Positions 9,429-20,477 of a DNA stretch of 63,087 nucleotides are shown piece after piece. Position numbers and translations under genes: made by a program. Position 1 is the first letter of the stretch. Each line of letters opens with the position of its first letter. A model generated the notes under the pieces. It was given only the letters and a program-made list of their open reading frames with translations, was not told the origin of the DNA and ran no database searches. Source of the DNA: Acidimicrobiales bacterium (GTDB lineage: Bacteria; Actinomycetota; Acidimicrobiia; Acidimicrobiales; RAAP-2); NCBI GenBank assembly GCA_017883075.1, contig JADGOI010000001.1:1-63087 (forward strand), in the 5' to 3' direction.

Positions 9429-10181
9429 CTACCTGGTCCCGACGACATGGAAGGCTTCGGCGAATCGCCCCTCAGGCAGACCGGCCGACTGGGCGGCACC
9501 GGACATCCACGGGCGAATGAGGTCTTCGATATGGGCACCGTCGCCCACCTGGCTGCGGTGGGACCGGAGGGCGGCCAGCTTCTTGTCGAACTGCTCGGTG
9601 GCATCGACTACCCGGTTGGCCCGTTCGGTGGCCATTACCCAAAGTTCCGACACGACGTGGGGCTCGAGGCCCTCTTCGAGGAGCTCAGGATGGGCAAACG
9701 GATTGCGGGCGTCCGGGTACACCGCACAGGCGGCTGCCTCGCCGGCGGCCAGGTGGTCGGGATGGCTGGCGTACAGGCGCTCCCAGTACCGCTCGGGAGA
9801 CTGAGCCACCACCCGGTCGGGTCGGAAACGGCGGATGACCCGAGAGATGTCCCGGCGCAGTTCGATGCTCGGGACCAGGCGACCGTCCGGGAAGCCGAGA
9901 AACGTCACATCGGACACGCCGACCTTGGCGGCGGCTTCCCGCTGTTCATCGCGTCGGACCGCGGCCAGGTCGGCCCGGCTGATCGTCCGATCCGATCCCC
10001 CGGCATCGCCATCGGTGACGATGCAGTACGCCACCTCCACGCCGGCGTCTGTCCAGGTGGCCACCGAACCTGCCGCCCCGAAATCCACGTCGTCGGGGTG
10101 AGCGGTCACCACCAGTATGCGCTCTACGTCGACCGGTCCCGGATCAACTTCCAACATCGGGAGGGATTGAACCTCTGACAT
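9429..10181 (-). CDS. PIG-L (LmbE) family deacetylase
   Basis: VVTAHPDDVDFGAAG... and ...SHPDH... are zinc-site motifs of the LmbE/MshB/Mca-type deacetylase family. The start ATG at 10181 forms an ATGA overlap with the helicase stop. Confidence 0.8.
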   Translation of the reverse strand: MSEVQSLPMLEVDPGPVDVERILVVTAHPDDVDFGAAGSVATWTDAGVEVAYCIVTDGDAGGSDRTISRADLAAVRRDEQREAAAKVGVSDVTFLGFPDGRLVPSIELRRDISRVIRRFRPDRVVAQSPERYWERLYASHPDHLAAGEAAACAVYPDARNPFAHPELLEEGLEPHVVSELWVMATERANRVVDATEQFDKKLAALRSHRSQVGDGAHIEDLIRPWMSGAAQSAGLPEGRFAEAFHVVGTR

Positions 10182-11419
10182 CACACCCGGACCGGATTCC
10201 ACGAGGCCAGGTTGGCCAGGCGCGAGTCGTTGGAGAAGATCTCCACGATCGGGATCTTCAACCCGATGCGTTGTTGGATCCGCTCCACTTCGAGGACCTG
10301 GTTCCACTGCACCAGGGTGACGACCACCCCTGTCTCGCCGGCCCGGGCCGTGCGACCCGAGCGGTGGAGATATGCCTTGTGATCCTCGGGCGGGTCGAAG
10401 TGGATGACCACGTCGACCGCGTCGATGTCCAATCCTCGGGCGGCCACGTCGGTAGCCACCAACGTCGGTAGCTTGCCCATCCCGAAATCCTTCAGTGTCC
10501 GCTCCCGGTTGGCCTGCCGCAGATCGCCGTGGATGGCGTCGGCGTTGACCCCCTCCTTCCGAAGTTGCTCCACCAGACGGTCAGCGCCCCGCTTGGTCCG
10601 AACGAACACGATCGTCTTCTCCGAGTGGCGGCAGATGGTGGCGCACACTTTCACCCTGTCCATTTGGTGCACCTCGAGGAATCGGTGCTCCATCTCCTCG
10701 ACGGTGGCACTTGGCGACGCCACCTCGTGGTGGACCGGGTCGGTCAGGTAGCGACTCACCAAACGGTCAACGGCGCCGTCGAGCGTGGCTGAGAACAACA
10801 GGGTCTGGTGCTTCCGCTCCAATCGCCGGAGGACCCACTCGACCTGGGGCATGAAGCCCATATCGGCCATGCGGTCCGCCTCGTCCAGCACCAGCGTCTC
10901 GATATCGGCCACCGAAAGCTCGCCACGGTCGCCCAGGTCGATGAGCCGTCCCGGCGTGGCGATGATCACGTCGACGCCCTTGCGAAGCTTCTTCACTTGA
11001 CGCTCGATATCGGCGCCGCCGTAGACCGCTACCACTCGGAGACCGACTTCGTCGGCCAGGGTTTCGAGGACCTCGCTCACCTGCACGGCCAGCTCACGGG
11101 TAGGTACCAGCACCAGGGCCCGGGGCCTGCCGGGCTCGGTCGCCCTCGTCAGCATGGTTCGCTGCAGGAGCGGGAGTCCGAAGGCCAGGGTCTTCCCCGA
11201 GCCGGTCTTGGCCTTGCCGCAGACATCACGACCGGCGAGTGCATCGGCCACGGTCATGGCCTGAATGGAGAATGCGGTGGTGATTCCCTGGACGGCGAGG
11301 GCCTTGACCAGTGCCGGGTCGACCCCGAGCGAGTCGAAGGTGAGAGCTTCGTCCTCGGGACCGTCGCCGTCATCTTCGAGCGTGTCGGCGCGGCCCGACT
11401 GCTCAGCTGTGGTTGTCAT
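10181..11419 (-). CDS. DEAD-box ATP-dependent RNA helicase
   Basis: Q-motif region, AKTGSGKT (motif I), VLDEADRM (DEAD), SAT and HRSGRTARAG (motif VI). I chose the start at 11419 (MTTTAEQ), which has GAGAGGGA about 10 nt upstream. An alternative ATG lies at 11440, and the track start at 11578 looks over-extended. Confidence 0.88.
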   Translation of the reverse strand: MTTTAEQSGRADTLEDDGDGPEDEALTFDSLGVDPALVKALAVQGITTAFSIQAMTVADALAGRDVCGKAKTGSGKTLAFGLPLLQRTMLTRATEPGRPRALVLVPTRELAVQVSEVLETLADEVGLRVVAVYGGADIERQVKKLRKGVDVIIATPGRLIDLGDRGELSVADIETLVLDEADRMADMGFMPQVEWVLRRLERKHQTLLFSATLDGAVDRLVSRYLTDPVHHEVASPSATVEEMEHRFLEVHQMDRVKVCATICRHSEKTIVFVRTKRGADRLVEQLRKEGVNADAIHGDLRQANRERTLKDFGMGKLPTLVATDVAARGLDIDAVDVVIHFDPPEDHKAYLHRSGRTARAGETGVVVTLVQWNQVLEVERIQQRIGLKIPIVEIFSNDSRLANLASWNPVRV

Positions 11420-11653
11420 TGGGGGTGTGTTCCCTCTCATCTGTTGGGTGACGGCCGGGGGCCGGCCATCGGTATACGTGGGATTCACGGATACAGGCGG
11501 GCCCGCCTCGGGCCGGCCATCGGGTCCACGGCTGCGGACCTGACAAACAGAATGAGGAAGACCCCGGTGGATGGGCACGGTGCCCTACCACAACCAACAG
11601 TGTACCTCTGAAACGACCGGGAACCGGGTTCATTCGTGCCGGCCATGCCTCGG

Positions 11654-14001
<2,348 letters not shown>

Positions 14002-14039
14002 CCGAGGCTCCTCCGGCGCAGACCGGCACCTCCGATTGG

Positions 14040-14822
14040 TCATTGCTGATGGGTCGGGCACCACCACGTGGTTCGGCCACCGATGGTCGAACGGGTCAGT
14101 TCCCCTCCGTCCTTCGGACAACGACCCCCCGGCTGGCGCTCCTCCATCAGATCGCCGAGGTGGGATCCGCCTCGTTCCATCAGCAGTGCCAGGGTCCGGC
14201 CCACCTGGCGGTGGAGCCGACCGACATCGGCCGGCGACAAGGACCCGGCCGGACGTTCCGGTGAGAGGCCGGTCCGCCACAGCACTTCGTCGGCGATCAG
14301 GTTCCCGATGCCGGCCATCCTGGACTGGTCGAGCAGTCGGGCCTTGAGCGGGGCGGCCGATCCTCCGAGGGCAGCCGCCAGCTGGCCCCTGGTGATCGAC
14401 AGGGCATCAGGGCCCAGGTGGGTGAGGCTCGGATCGACCACGATGCCTCCCAGCCGCCTCGGGTCCCGAACGGCCATGGCACCCCCGTCGTCGAAATGGA
14501 CGGTGCACCGGTCCCACGCCGGGTTGTCCGGTCGGGGGACGGTAATGAGTTGGCTGACACTCGATGCGCCGTCGACGGTCAACATGCCGGTCATGCCGAA
14601 CCGGATGCCGACCACCGGGCCGCGGTCGGTGTCGAGCAGCAGCAGCTTTCCCCGGCGTCGAGCCGCGGTGAACCGGTGGCCGACCAGCAGGCGACGCAAC
14701 GTCGGGCTCGTCGTTCCGCTCTTCAGGTACCACGCATCGGGGGTCGCCACCGAGGCGATGCTCCGGTCGACAGCGGTTTCGGCCAGACGTCGGTAGGACT
14801 CGACTTCGGGGAGCTCGGGCAC
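14040..14822 (-). CDS. Fpg/Nei family DNA glycosylase / AP lyase (Fpg-like, 260 aa)
   Basis: A GTG start at 14822 gives the N-terminus (M)[11 protein letters not shown], with the catalytic Pro2 of Fpg. H2TH region ...[18 protein letters not shown].... The C-terminal finger reads C-x2-D-x16-C-x2-H instead of C-x2-C-x16-C-x2-C. The track start at 15011 is 63 codons too long. Confidence 0.85.
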   Translation of the reverse strand: MPELPEVESYRRLAETAVDRSIASVATPDAWYLKSGTTSPTLRRLLVGHRFTAARRRGKLLLLDTDRGPVVGIRFGMTGMLTVDGASSVSQLITVPRPDNPAWDRCTVHFDDGGAMAVRDPRRLGGIVVDPSLTHLGPDALSITRGQLAAALGGSAAPLKARLLDQSRMAGIGNLIADEVLWRTGLSPERPAGSLSPADVGRLHRQVGRTLALLMERGGSHLGDLMEERQPGGRCPKDGGELTRSTIGGRTTWWCPTHQQ

Positions 14823-14929
14823 ACGACGAGGGTACCGAGGCGGGTCCATGGGACATCCCGAAGGCACCACGTATCGTAGGGCCCGGAGCAAATGCTCGTC
14901 GACGACCGACCAGTACGGAAGAGGACCGG

Positions 14930-16021
14930 ATGCAGACCGAAGTGCGCGGTGTGGTGGCTCGAGCCAAGGGTCAACCGGTCTCGCTCGAGACCATCGTGAT
15001 CCCCGAGCCATCGCTCGGCGAGGTGGTGGTGCAGGTCCAGGCGTGCGGGGTGTGTCACACCGACCTCCACTACCGGGAAGGGGGGATCAACGACGGGTTC
15101 CCGTTCCTTCTCGGCCACGAGGCCGCCGGAATAGTCGATGCCGTCGGACCGGACGTGACCTCGGTCGCCCCGGGCGATTTCGTGGTCCTGAACTGGCGGG
15201 CGGTCTGCGGCGAGTGCCGAGCCTGTCGCCGGGGCCGGCCGTGGTTCTGCTTCGCCACCCACACCGCAACCCAGAAGATGACGTTGCTCGATGGGACTGC
15301 GCTCACCCCCGCCCTGGGCATCGGTGCCTTCGCCGAAAAGACACTGGTGGCCGCCGGGCAGTGCACGCCGGTCGACCGGCGGGCCCGGCCCGAGGCTGTG
15401 GGACTCCTCGGCTGTGGGGTCATGGCCGGGCTCGGTGCGGCCATGTTCACCGGCGAGGTCGGTCCGGGTGATTCGGTGGCCGTCTTCGGGTGCGGCGGAG
15501 TGGGCTGTGCCGCCATCGCCGGTGCCGGGCTGGCCGGAGCCACCAAGGTGATCGCGGTCGACCTCGACGGTGGGAAGCTCGATCTGGCCCGCTCCTTCGG
15601 CGCCACCCATGTCGTCCACGCCGGCACAGAGGATCCGGTGGAGGCCATCCGGGCGCTCACCAACGGACACGGCGCCGATGTCTGTATCGAGGCAGTGGGG
15701 CACCCGGCGGTTATGGAGCAGGCGTTCTATGCACGTGACCTGGCCGGGACACTGGTCCAAGTGGGTGTCCCCACGCCTGACATGCGGATCGACCTGCCCA
15801 TGATCGACTTCTTCGGGCGTGGGGGGCAGCTGAAGCCGAGTTGGTACGGGGACTGTCTCCCGTCTCGCGACTTCCCCATGCTGGTCGACCTCTATCTCCA
15901 GGGGCGGCTCGATCTCGATCGCTTCGTGTCCGAGACGATCGGCCTCGGCGATGTCGAAGAGGCCTTTCACCGGATGGAACGGGGAGAGGTGCTCCGTTCG
16001 GTCGTCAGGATGCCCGAGTGA
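14930..16021 (+). CDS. mscR: S-(hydroxymethyl)mycothiol dehydrogenase / nitrosomycothiol reductase (class III Zn-ADH)
   Basis: [13 protein letters not shown]...[32 protein letters not shown]...[20 protein letters not shown]... closely matches my recollection of mycobacterial MscR (Rv2259). Followed by the conserved MBL-fold partner. Confidence 0.9.
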   Translation: MQTEVRGVVARAKGQPVSLETIVIPEPSLGEVVVQVQACGVCHTDLHYREGGINDGFPFLLGHEAAGIVDAVGPDVTSVAPGDFVVLNWRAVCGECRACRRGRPWFCFATHTATQKMTLLDGTALTPALGIGAFAEKTLVAAGQCTPVDRRARPEAVGLLGCGVMAGLGAAMFTGEVGPGDSVAVFGCGGVGCAAIAGAGLAGATKVIAVDLDGGKLDLARSFGATHVVHAGTEDPVEAIRALTNGHGADVCIEAVGHPAVMEQAFYARDLAGTLVQVGVPTPDMRIDLPMIDFFGRGGQLKPSWYGDCLPSRDFPMLVDLYLQGRLDLDRFVSETIGLGDVEEAFHRMERGEVLRSVVRMPE

Positions 16022-16638
16022 TCGAACAGGTGGTCACCTCGGGGACGTTCTCTCTCGACGGTCAGGACTTCGCCGTCGACAACAACATTTGGCTGGTCGG
16101 TGACGACAACGAAGTACTCGTCATCGACGCCGCCCATGACCACCGGCCCATCGTCGAGGCCATCGGCTCACGCCGCACCGTCGGAATCGTGGCCACCCAC
16201 GGCCACAACGATCACATCAACGCGGCGGCGTCCCTGGCCGACTCCGTCGGTGCACCGATCTGGCTCCATCCCGATGACCGTCCGCTGTGGGATCAGGTCT
16301 ACCCCTCTCGGGTGCCCGATGCCGAACTGGCCGATGGTGCCACCCTCGAGGCCGGGGGGCTGGTACTCCGGGTCATCCATACCCCGGGCCACACCCCCGG
16401 TGGCTGCTCTCTCTTCGGTGCCGACCTCGGGGTGGTCTTCACCGGCGACACCCTCTTCCGCGGTGGTCCGGGGGCAACCGGAAGGAGTTTCTCGGACTTC
16501 CCCACGATCATCGAATCGATCCGTCACCGCTTGCTCACCCTGCCGCCCGAGACACGGGCGCTTCCCGGCCACGGCGACGGGACCACCATCGGGGAGGAGG
16601 CTCCACACCTCGACGAGTGGATCGCCCGGGGTCACTGA
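16018..16638 (+). CDS. MBL-fold metallo-hydrolase (Rv2260-like partner of MscR)
   Basis: THGHNDH metal-binding motif and ...HTPGHTPGG.... The GTG start at 16018 overlaps the mscR stop (GTGA). The track start at 15841 lies inside mscR. Confidence 0.85.
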   Translation: MIEQVVTSGTFSLDGQDFAVDNNIWLVGDDNEVLVIDAAHDHRPIVEAIGSRRTVGIVATHGHNDHINAAASLADSVGAPIWLHPDDRPLWDQVYPSRVPDAELADGATLEAGGLVLRVIHTPGHTPGGCSLFGADLGVVFTGDTLFRGGPGATGRSFSDFPTIIESIRHRLLTLPPETRALPGHGDGTTIGEEAPHLDEWIARGH

Positions 16639-16798
16639 CCCCGGAGCCGGACCACCCGGACGGAACAGCACCGGCACATCAGCCACCAGGTGATGGGGGA
16701 GGGCCCGGTCACCTACGCTCGGATGCGTGCCCCGGGACTCCACCCATCGACCAGTGCCGGGAAGAACACCCACCCGGCGGGTCCGGAGACCCCTGTCG

Positions 16799-17329
16799 AT
16801 GGCGGCCGCGGCCGGCACCGCCGCCCATCACGGATTCGAGCTCGGCAATGGCGTCGGTCTGGTCTGGCAGCCCGAGTTGGGCCTCACCGGGTCAGGGGCC
16901 TTCTGGGTTGTGGAGCTGGGCCTGTGGTCGTTGGTGGCCGCCCGAGGCAGCCGGCGGTGGGACGGCGTGCTGGCCCTGCTGTCGGGGGCGGGTCTGGCCG
17001 GTGTCATCGTCCACTTCACCCTGTGGCCGTGGCGGCGAAACCGGTTCGGCATCCCCGTGCTCACCGAGGCCGAAGGACTTCCCCCCTCCCGGCTGCCCGC
17101 CTACAACACCATTCTCGGCTTCTGGGGCCTGACTTCGATTCTCTCGTTGCTCGAACTTTCCCCCTCCAGGCGTCGCTGGGCCCTGGTCGGGCTGGCCGGG
17201 CTCCCCCTCCTCCGCCGATCGGCTCGCTACCACTTCGCCTGGGCCACGACCGAGGCCGACCTGCACCCGGCGTGGTGGAACCGGGGATTGCGCTCGGGCT
17301 CTCCCACCCGGGGGACCCTGCCTGGCTGA
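16799..17329 (+). CDS. Hypothetical integral membrane protein
   Basis: Frame of ORF 16727..17329. Very high third-position G+C and 4-5 hydrophobic segments. I chose the start at the ATG at 16799 (MAAAAGTAAHH). I recognise no family. Confidence 0.6.
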   Translation: MAAAAGTAAHHGFELGNGVGLVWQPELGLTGSGAFWVVELGLWSLVAARGSRRWDGVLALLSGAGLAGVIVHFTLWPWRRNRFGIPVLTEAEGLPPSRLPAYNTILGFWGLTSILSLLELSPSRRRWALVGLAGLPLLRRSARYHFAWATTEADLHPAWWNRGLRSGSPTRGTLPG

Positions 17330-17382
17330 ACGGTGGGCGTGGCCACGCCCACCGTTCCGATGACCATCGCTATGGTGTTCCC

Positions 17383-18507
17383 ATGCCCCCCGAAAAGCCA
17401 CACTGGCTCGAGCTCTTCCCGGAGGTCGTGACCTCAGGACTGTGCACGGGCTGTGCCGCATGCATCATCGCCTGCCCCCACGATGTTCTCTCCTACGACG
17501 ACACCGGCGGCAAGTACAAGCCGTTTCACATCGATGCCGACGGTGGTGCCGAGAACTGCACCCACGGCATCAAGGGCTGCACCATGTGCACCCGGGCCTG
17601 TCCCCGGTTCAGGCTGTGGGAACCCGAGATCGACACCCATCTGTTCGGACGGGAGCGGACCCCTGCCGAGGTGGCCGGCGTGTCTTCGGACACCCTGTTG
17701 GTGCGAGCCACCGATCCCGACGTTCATCTGGCGGGCCAGGACGGGGGCCTGGTGTCGGCCCTGCTGATCTGGGCGCTCGAGCACGATGTGATCGATGCCG
17801 CCCTCGTCTCGGATCTCGAGGGTGACGGGTCGACCTGGAAGGCGGTACCCGGGGTGGCCACCACCCGCGAGGAGGTGCTGGCGGCGGCGGGGTCCCGATA
17901 TACCTACTCAGCCAACCCGTTGGCCTATCCTCAGGCCATCGAGGCCGGCGCCGAGCGGATCGCGCTGGTCGGCATGGGCTGCCAGGCGTCGGCACCCGCC
18001 GTGATGGCGGCTCGCAAGGCGGGAAAGATCGCCCGCCGGCTTTCCCTGACCATCGGTCTGCTCTGCTCCAAGACGTTCGACGACGCCATCTTCCCCGAAC
18101 TGTTCGAGGCCAAGTACGGCATCGCCCGCGCCGATATCGCCAAGATGAACATCAAGGGCGTGTTTCAGGTTTGGACGCGAGACGGCAAGTTCCACGAGAT
18201 CCCACTCAAAGAAGCACATGCCTGGACCCGCGAAGGATGCAAGACATGCCCCGACTTCGCGGCCGAGCACGCCGACATTTCCACCGGGGGTATCGGCGCC
18301 TTCAACGATTGGACACTGACCATCGTACGAACCGACAAGGGACGGGATCTGCTCAATGCGATGATCGCCGACGGTTCGGTGGAGACCCGTCCGGGGGATG
18401 ATGACCCGGGAGCCATCGCCCTCCTGCACCGATTGGCCCGGGTGAGCCGTAGGCGGTGGCCGGAGACAGCGGTGCCCATGCCCCGGCGCCTACCGGACCC
18501 GGTCTGA
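17383..18507 (+). CDS. Coenzyme F420 hydrogenase/dehydrogenase beta-subunit (FrhB)-like Fe-S flavoprotein
   Basis: C-terminal 374 aa of ORF 16690..18507. Two ferredoxin-type cysteine motifs (CTGCAACIIACP, CTMCTRACP) are followed by FrhB N- and C-domain-like sequence (...GQDGGLVSALL..., ...GCKTCPDFAAEHADISTGG...). The start ATG at 17383 follows the upstream gene. Confidence 0.75.
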   Translation: MPPEKPHWLELFPEVVTSGLCTGCAACIIACPHDVLSYDDTGGKYKPFHIDADGGAENCTHGIKGCTMCTRACPRFRLWEPEIDTHLFGRERTPAEVAGVSSDTLLVRATDPDVHLAGQDGGLVSALLIWALEHDVIDAALVSDLEGDGSTWKAVPGVATTREEVLAAAGSRYTYSANPLAYPQAIEAGAERIALVGMGCQASAPAVMAARKAGKIARRLSLTIGLLCSKTFDDAIFPELFEAKYGIARADIAKMNIKGVFQVWTRDGKFHEIPLKEAHAWTREGCKTCPDFAAEHADISTGGIGAFNDWTLTIVRTDKGRDLLNAMIADGSVETRPGDDDPGAIALLHRLARVSRRRWPETAVPMPRRLPDPV

Positions 18508-18538
18508 TCTCGACCCGGAAGCACCGCCGTCGGGGCGG

Positions 18539-19237
18539 ATGGGTGTCCGTTCCGACAGAGTACGGTTGACGAGCGTGCCCAGCCGACGGACTCCAGTCCC
18601 CCGACCGACGGTGGTCCTCATGGTCCGCCACGGGACGACGCCGACCACCGGGAAGATCCTCCCTGGTCGGGCGCCCGATCTCCACTTGTCCGCCGCCGGT
18701 CTGGCCCAAGCCGGCGAGGTGGCGGCCCGCATCGGCCACTTGACCAGCCAGGGGCAGGGAACCCCGGTGGCCGTCTACGCCTCACCGCTCGAGCGCACGC
18801 TCGAGACAGCCCGACCGATCGCCCGGCAGTTGGGGCTCCGGGTCCGCTCGGATCGGGGCTTGCTCGAGTGCGACTTCGGCACATGGACAGGCGCCCAGTT
18901 GAAGGTGCTCGCCAAGAAGCCCGAGTGGGCCCAGGTCCAGCGATGGCCCAGCGGCTTCCGGTTCCCCGGAGGCGAGTCCTTCGTGGAGATGCAGGCCCGA
19001 ATCACGTCGACCATCGCTCGGCTGGTCCGACTCCACCCGGGTGAGGCCATCGTGGTGGTCTCCCACGCTGATCCGATCAAGGCCGCGGTGGCGGCGGCGG
19101 CCGGCACCCATCTTGACCTGTTCCAGCGCCTGGTCATCTCACCTTGTTCGGTCAGTGCCCTTGCCTACAGCGAGCACGGACCCCTCGTGCTCTGTGTAAA
19201 TGCCACCGCCTCCCTGTCCGGATTGGTCATGTCGTGA
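18539..19237 (+). CDS. Histidine phosphatase family protein (MSMEG_4193-type putative phosphomutase)
   Basis: LMVRHGTT (RHG motif), ...SPLERTLETA..., ...VVSHADPIK.... First gene of the conserved actinobacterial trio. The start may be later (around 18620). Confidence 0.8.
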   Translation: MGVRSDRVRLTSVPSRRTPVPRPTVVLMVRHGTTPTTGKILPGRAPDLHLSAAGLAQAGEVAARIGHLTSQGQGTPVAVYASPLERTLETARPIARQLGLRVRSDRGLLECDFGTWTGAQLKVLAKKPEWAQVQRWPSGFRFPGGESFVEMQARITSTIARLVRLHPGEAIVVVSHADPIKAAVAAAAGTHLDLFQRLVISPCSVSALAYSEHGPLVLCVNATASLSGLVMS

Positions 19238-19731
19238 GCGAGGGCTACGACCTGCCCACCCCGGATCGCTTCACGGTGGGGACCGTGGGTCCGGTCGGTC
19301 AACGGCTCTTCCTCCTCCAATGCCGTCAGGGACCGCTCCTGCTCACCCTGAAGATCGAAAAACAACAAGTGGCGGTGTTGGCTGACTATCTGGCCCAGAT
19401 CGTCCGGGACCAGAAGCGCCCCGAGCACCTTCCTGACGACCTCTCCGTCGAAGAGCCGTCGGAACCGGCGTGGGCCATAGGAACCCTCGGAGTCTCCTAC
19501 GACAACATCAATGATCGTGTCGTCATCGTCATCGAGGAACTGGTGCCCGAAGATGAAAACGGGGCCATTGCCCGCCTGTCGGTCACCCGGGAACAGGCCG
19601 CCGCTTTCGCAGTGCGGGCCACCACCCTGGTGGCCTCGGGCCGGCCCCCTTGCCCACTTTGCGGATCACCCCTCGACCCCTCCGGACACGAATGCCCGCG
19701 GACAAACGGCCACCGGCCTCCGACAACCTGA
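19234..19731 (+). CDS. DUF3090 family protein
   Basis: The GTG start at 19234 overlaps the upstream stop (GTGA). ...FTVGTVGPVGQRLFLLQ...LKIEKQQV... and the C-terminal CPLCGSPLDPSGHECPRTNGH motif are typical of DUF3090. Confidence 0.8.
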   Translation: MSEGYDLPTPDRFTVGTVGPVGQRLFLLQCRQGPLLLTLKIEKQQVAVLADYLAQIVRDQKRPEHLPDDLSVEEPSEPAWAIGTLGVSYDNINDRVVIVIEELVPEDENGAIARLSVTREQAAAFAVRATTLVASGRPPCPLCGSPLDPSGHECPRTNGHRPPTT

Positions 19732-20453
19732 ACGGCTGGCGACCCGATGACGGGCCCAGTCTCGGAGATGCCCTGGTCGAACTGGCCGATGCCGAACTCA
19801 CCATCGAGGGCCGACTGCCCTGGAGTTCCAACCTCACCTTCCTGGTTACGGTAGGCACCGGTCCACTCCGGGCCGTGTACAAGCCGGCCCGAGGCGAGCA
19901 GGAGCTCTGGGACTTCCCCGGAGGCCTCTATCGACGCGAGGTGGCGGCCTACGCCCTCTCCGAGGCATTGGGGTGGGGCCTGGTGCCACCGACTGTGGCC
20001 CGGGACGACGGTCCCTTTGGAGCGGGATCGTTGCAGCTCTTTGTCGAGGCCGACTATCGGCAGCACTACTTCACCCTGTTCGAGAGCGGCGCCTTCGACA
20101 ACCAGCTCCGGGCTATCTGCGTATTCGATGTGGTGGCGAACAATGCCGACCGCAAGAGCGGTCACGTGCTCAGTAGCGGTGACGGACGCCTGTGGGGAAT
20201 CGACCACGGGCTGTGCTTCCACTCGGATCCCAAACTGCGCACGGTGATGTGGGACTTCGCCGGAGACGAGGTCCCCGAGTCGCGCCTGGCCGACCTCCAG
20301 GGTCTGGCGCTCGAACTCCCCGATGAGGTGGCCCGTCCCCTAACCCAGCCGGAGCGACACGACCTGATGGATCGGATCCGGGCACTGCTCGACACAGGGA
20401 CTTTCCCCGAGCCGGAGGGCGACCGCCCGCCCTACCCGTGGCCGCTCGTCTAG
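19692..20453 (+). CDS. SCO1664 family protein (PI3/PI4-kinase-like fold)
   Basis: ...NNADRKSGHVL... (catalytic-loop-like) and ...WGIDHGLCF... (DFG-like). Third gene of the trio. The start is uncertain: the ATG at 19692 overlaps DUF3090 by 40 nt, and the only other nearby candidate is the CTG at 19728. Confidence 0.75.
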   Translation: MPADKRPPASDNLNGWRPDDGPSLGDALVELADAELTIEGRLPWSSNLTFLVTVGTGPLRAVYKPARGEQELWDFPGGLYRREVAAYALSEALGWGLVPPTVARDDGPFGAGSLQLFVEADYRQHYFTLFESGAFDNQLRAICVFDVVANNADRKSGHVLSSGDGRLWGIDHGLCFHSDPKLRTVMWDFAGDEVPESRLADLQGLALELPDEVARPLTQPERHDLMDRIRALLDTGTFPEPEGDRPPYPWPLV

Positions 20454-20477
20454 TCGCGGGTTCGGGATCACAGGTTG

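Noticed and set aside
11420-11653. Repeated 13-mer GGCCGGCCATCGG (x2, about 55 nt apart) and the palindromes GGCGGGCCCGCC and GGGCACCGTGCCC between thiC and the helicase gene, considered as a mobile repeat element or REP-like unit.
   Set aside because: There are only two copies, both within one 234-bp spacer, and I saw no further copies elsewhere in the window. This is more simply the thiC terminator plus a structured helicase 5' UTR. It is not enough to call a repeat family.
16690-18507. 605-aa ORF taken as a single large protein.
   Set aside because: Only the last 374 codons (from the ATG at 17383) have FrhB-like sequence. The first about 230 codons are Arg/Pro/Gly-rich junk overlapping, out of frame, the well-biased membrane-protein gene at 16799-17329.
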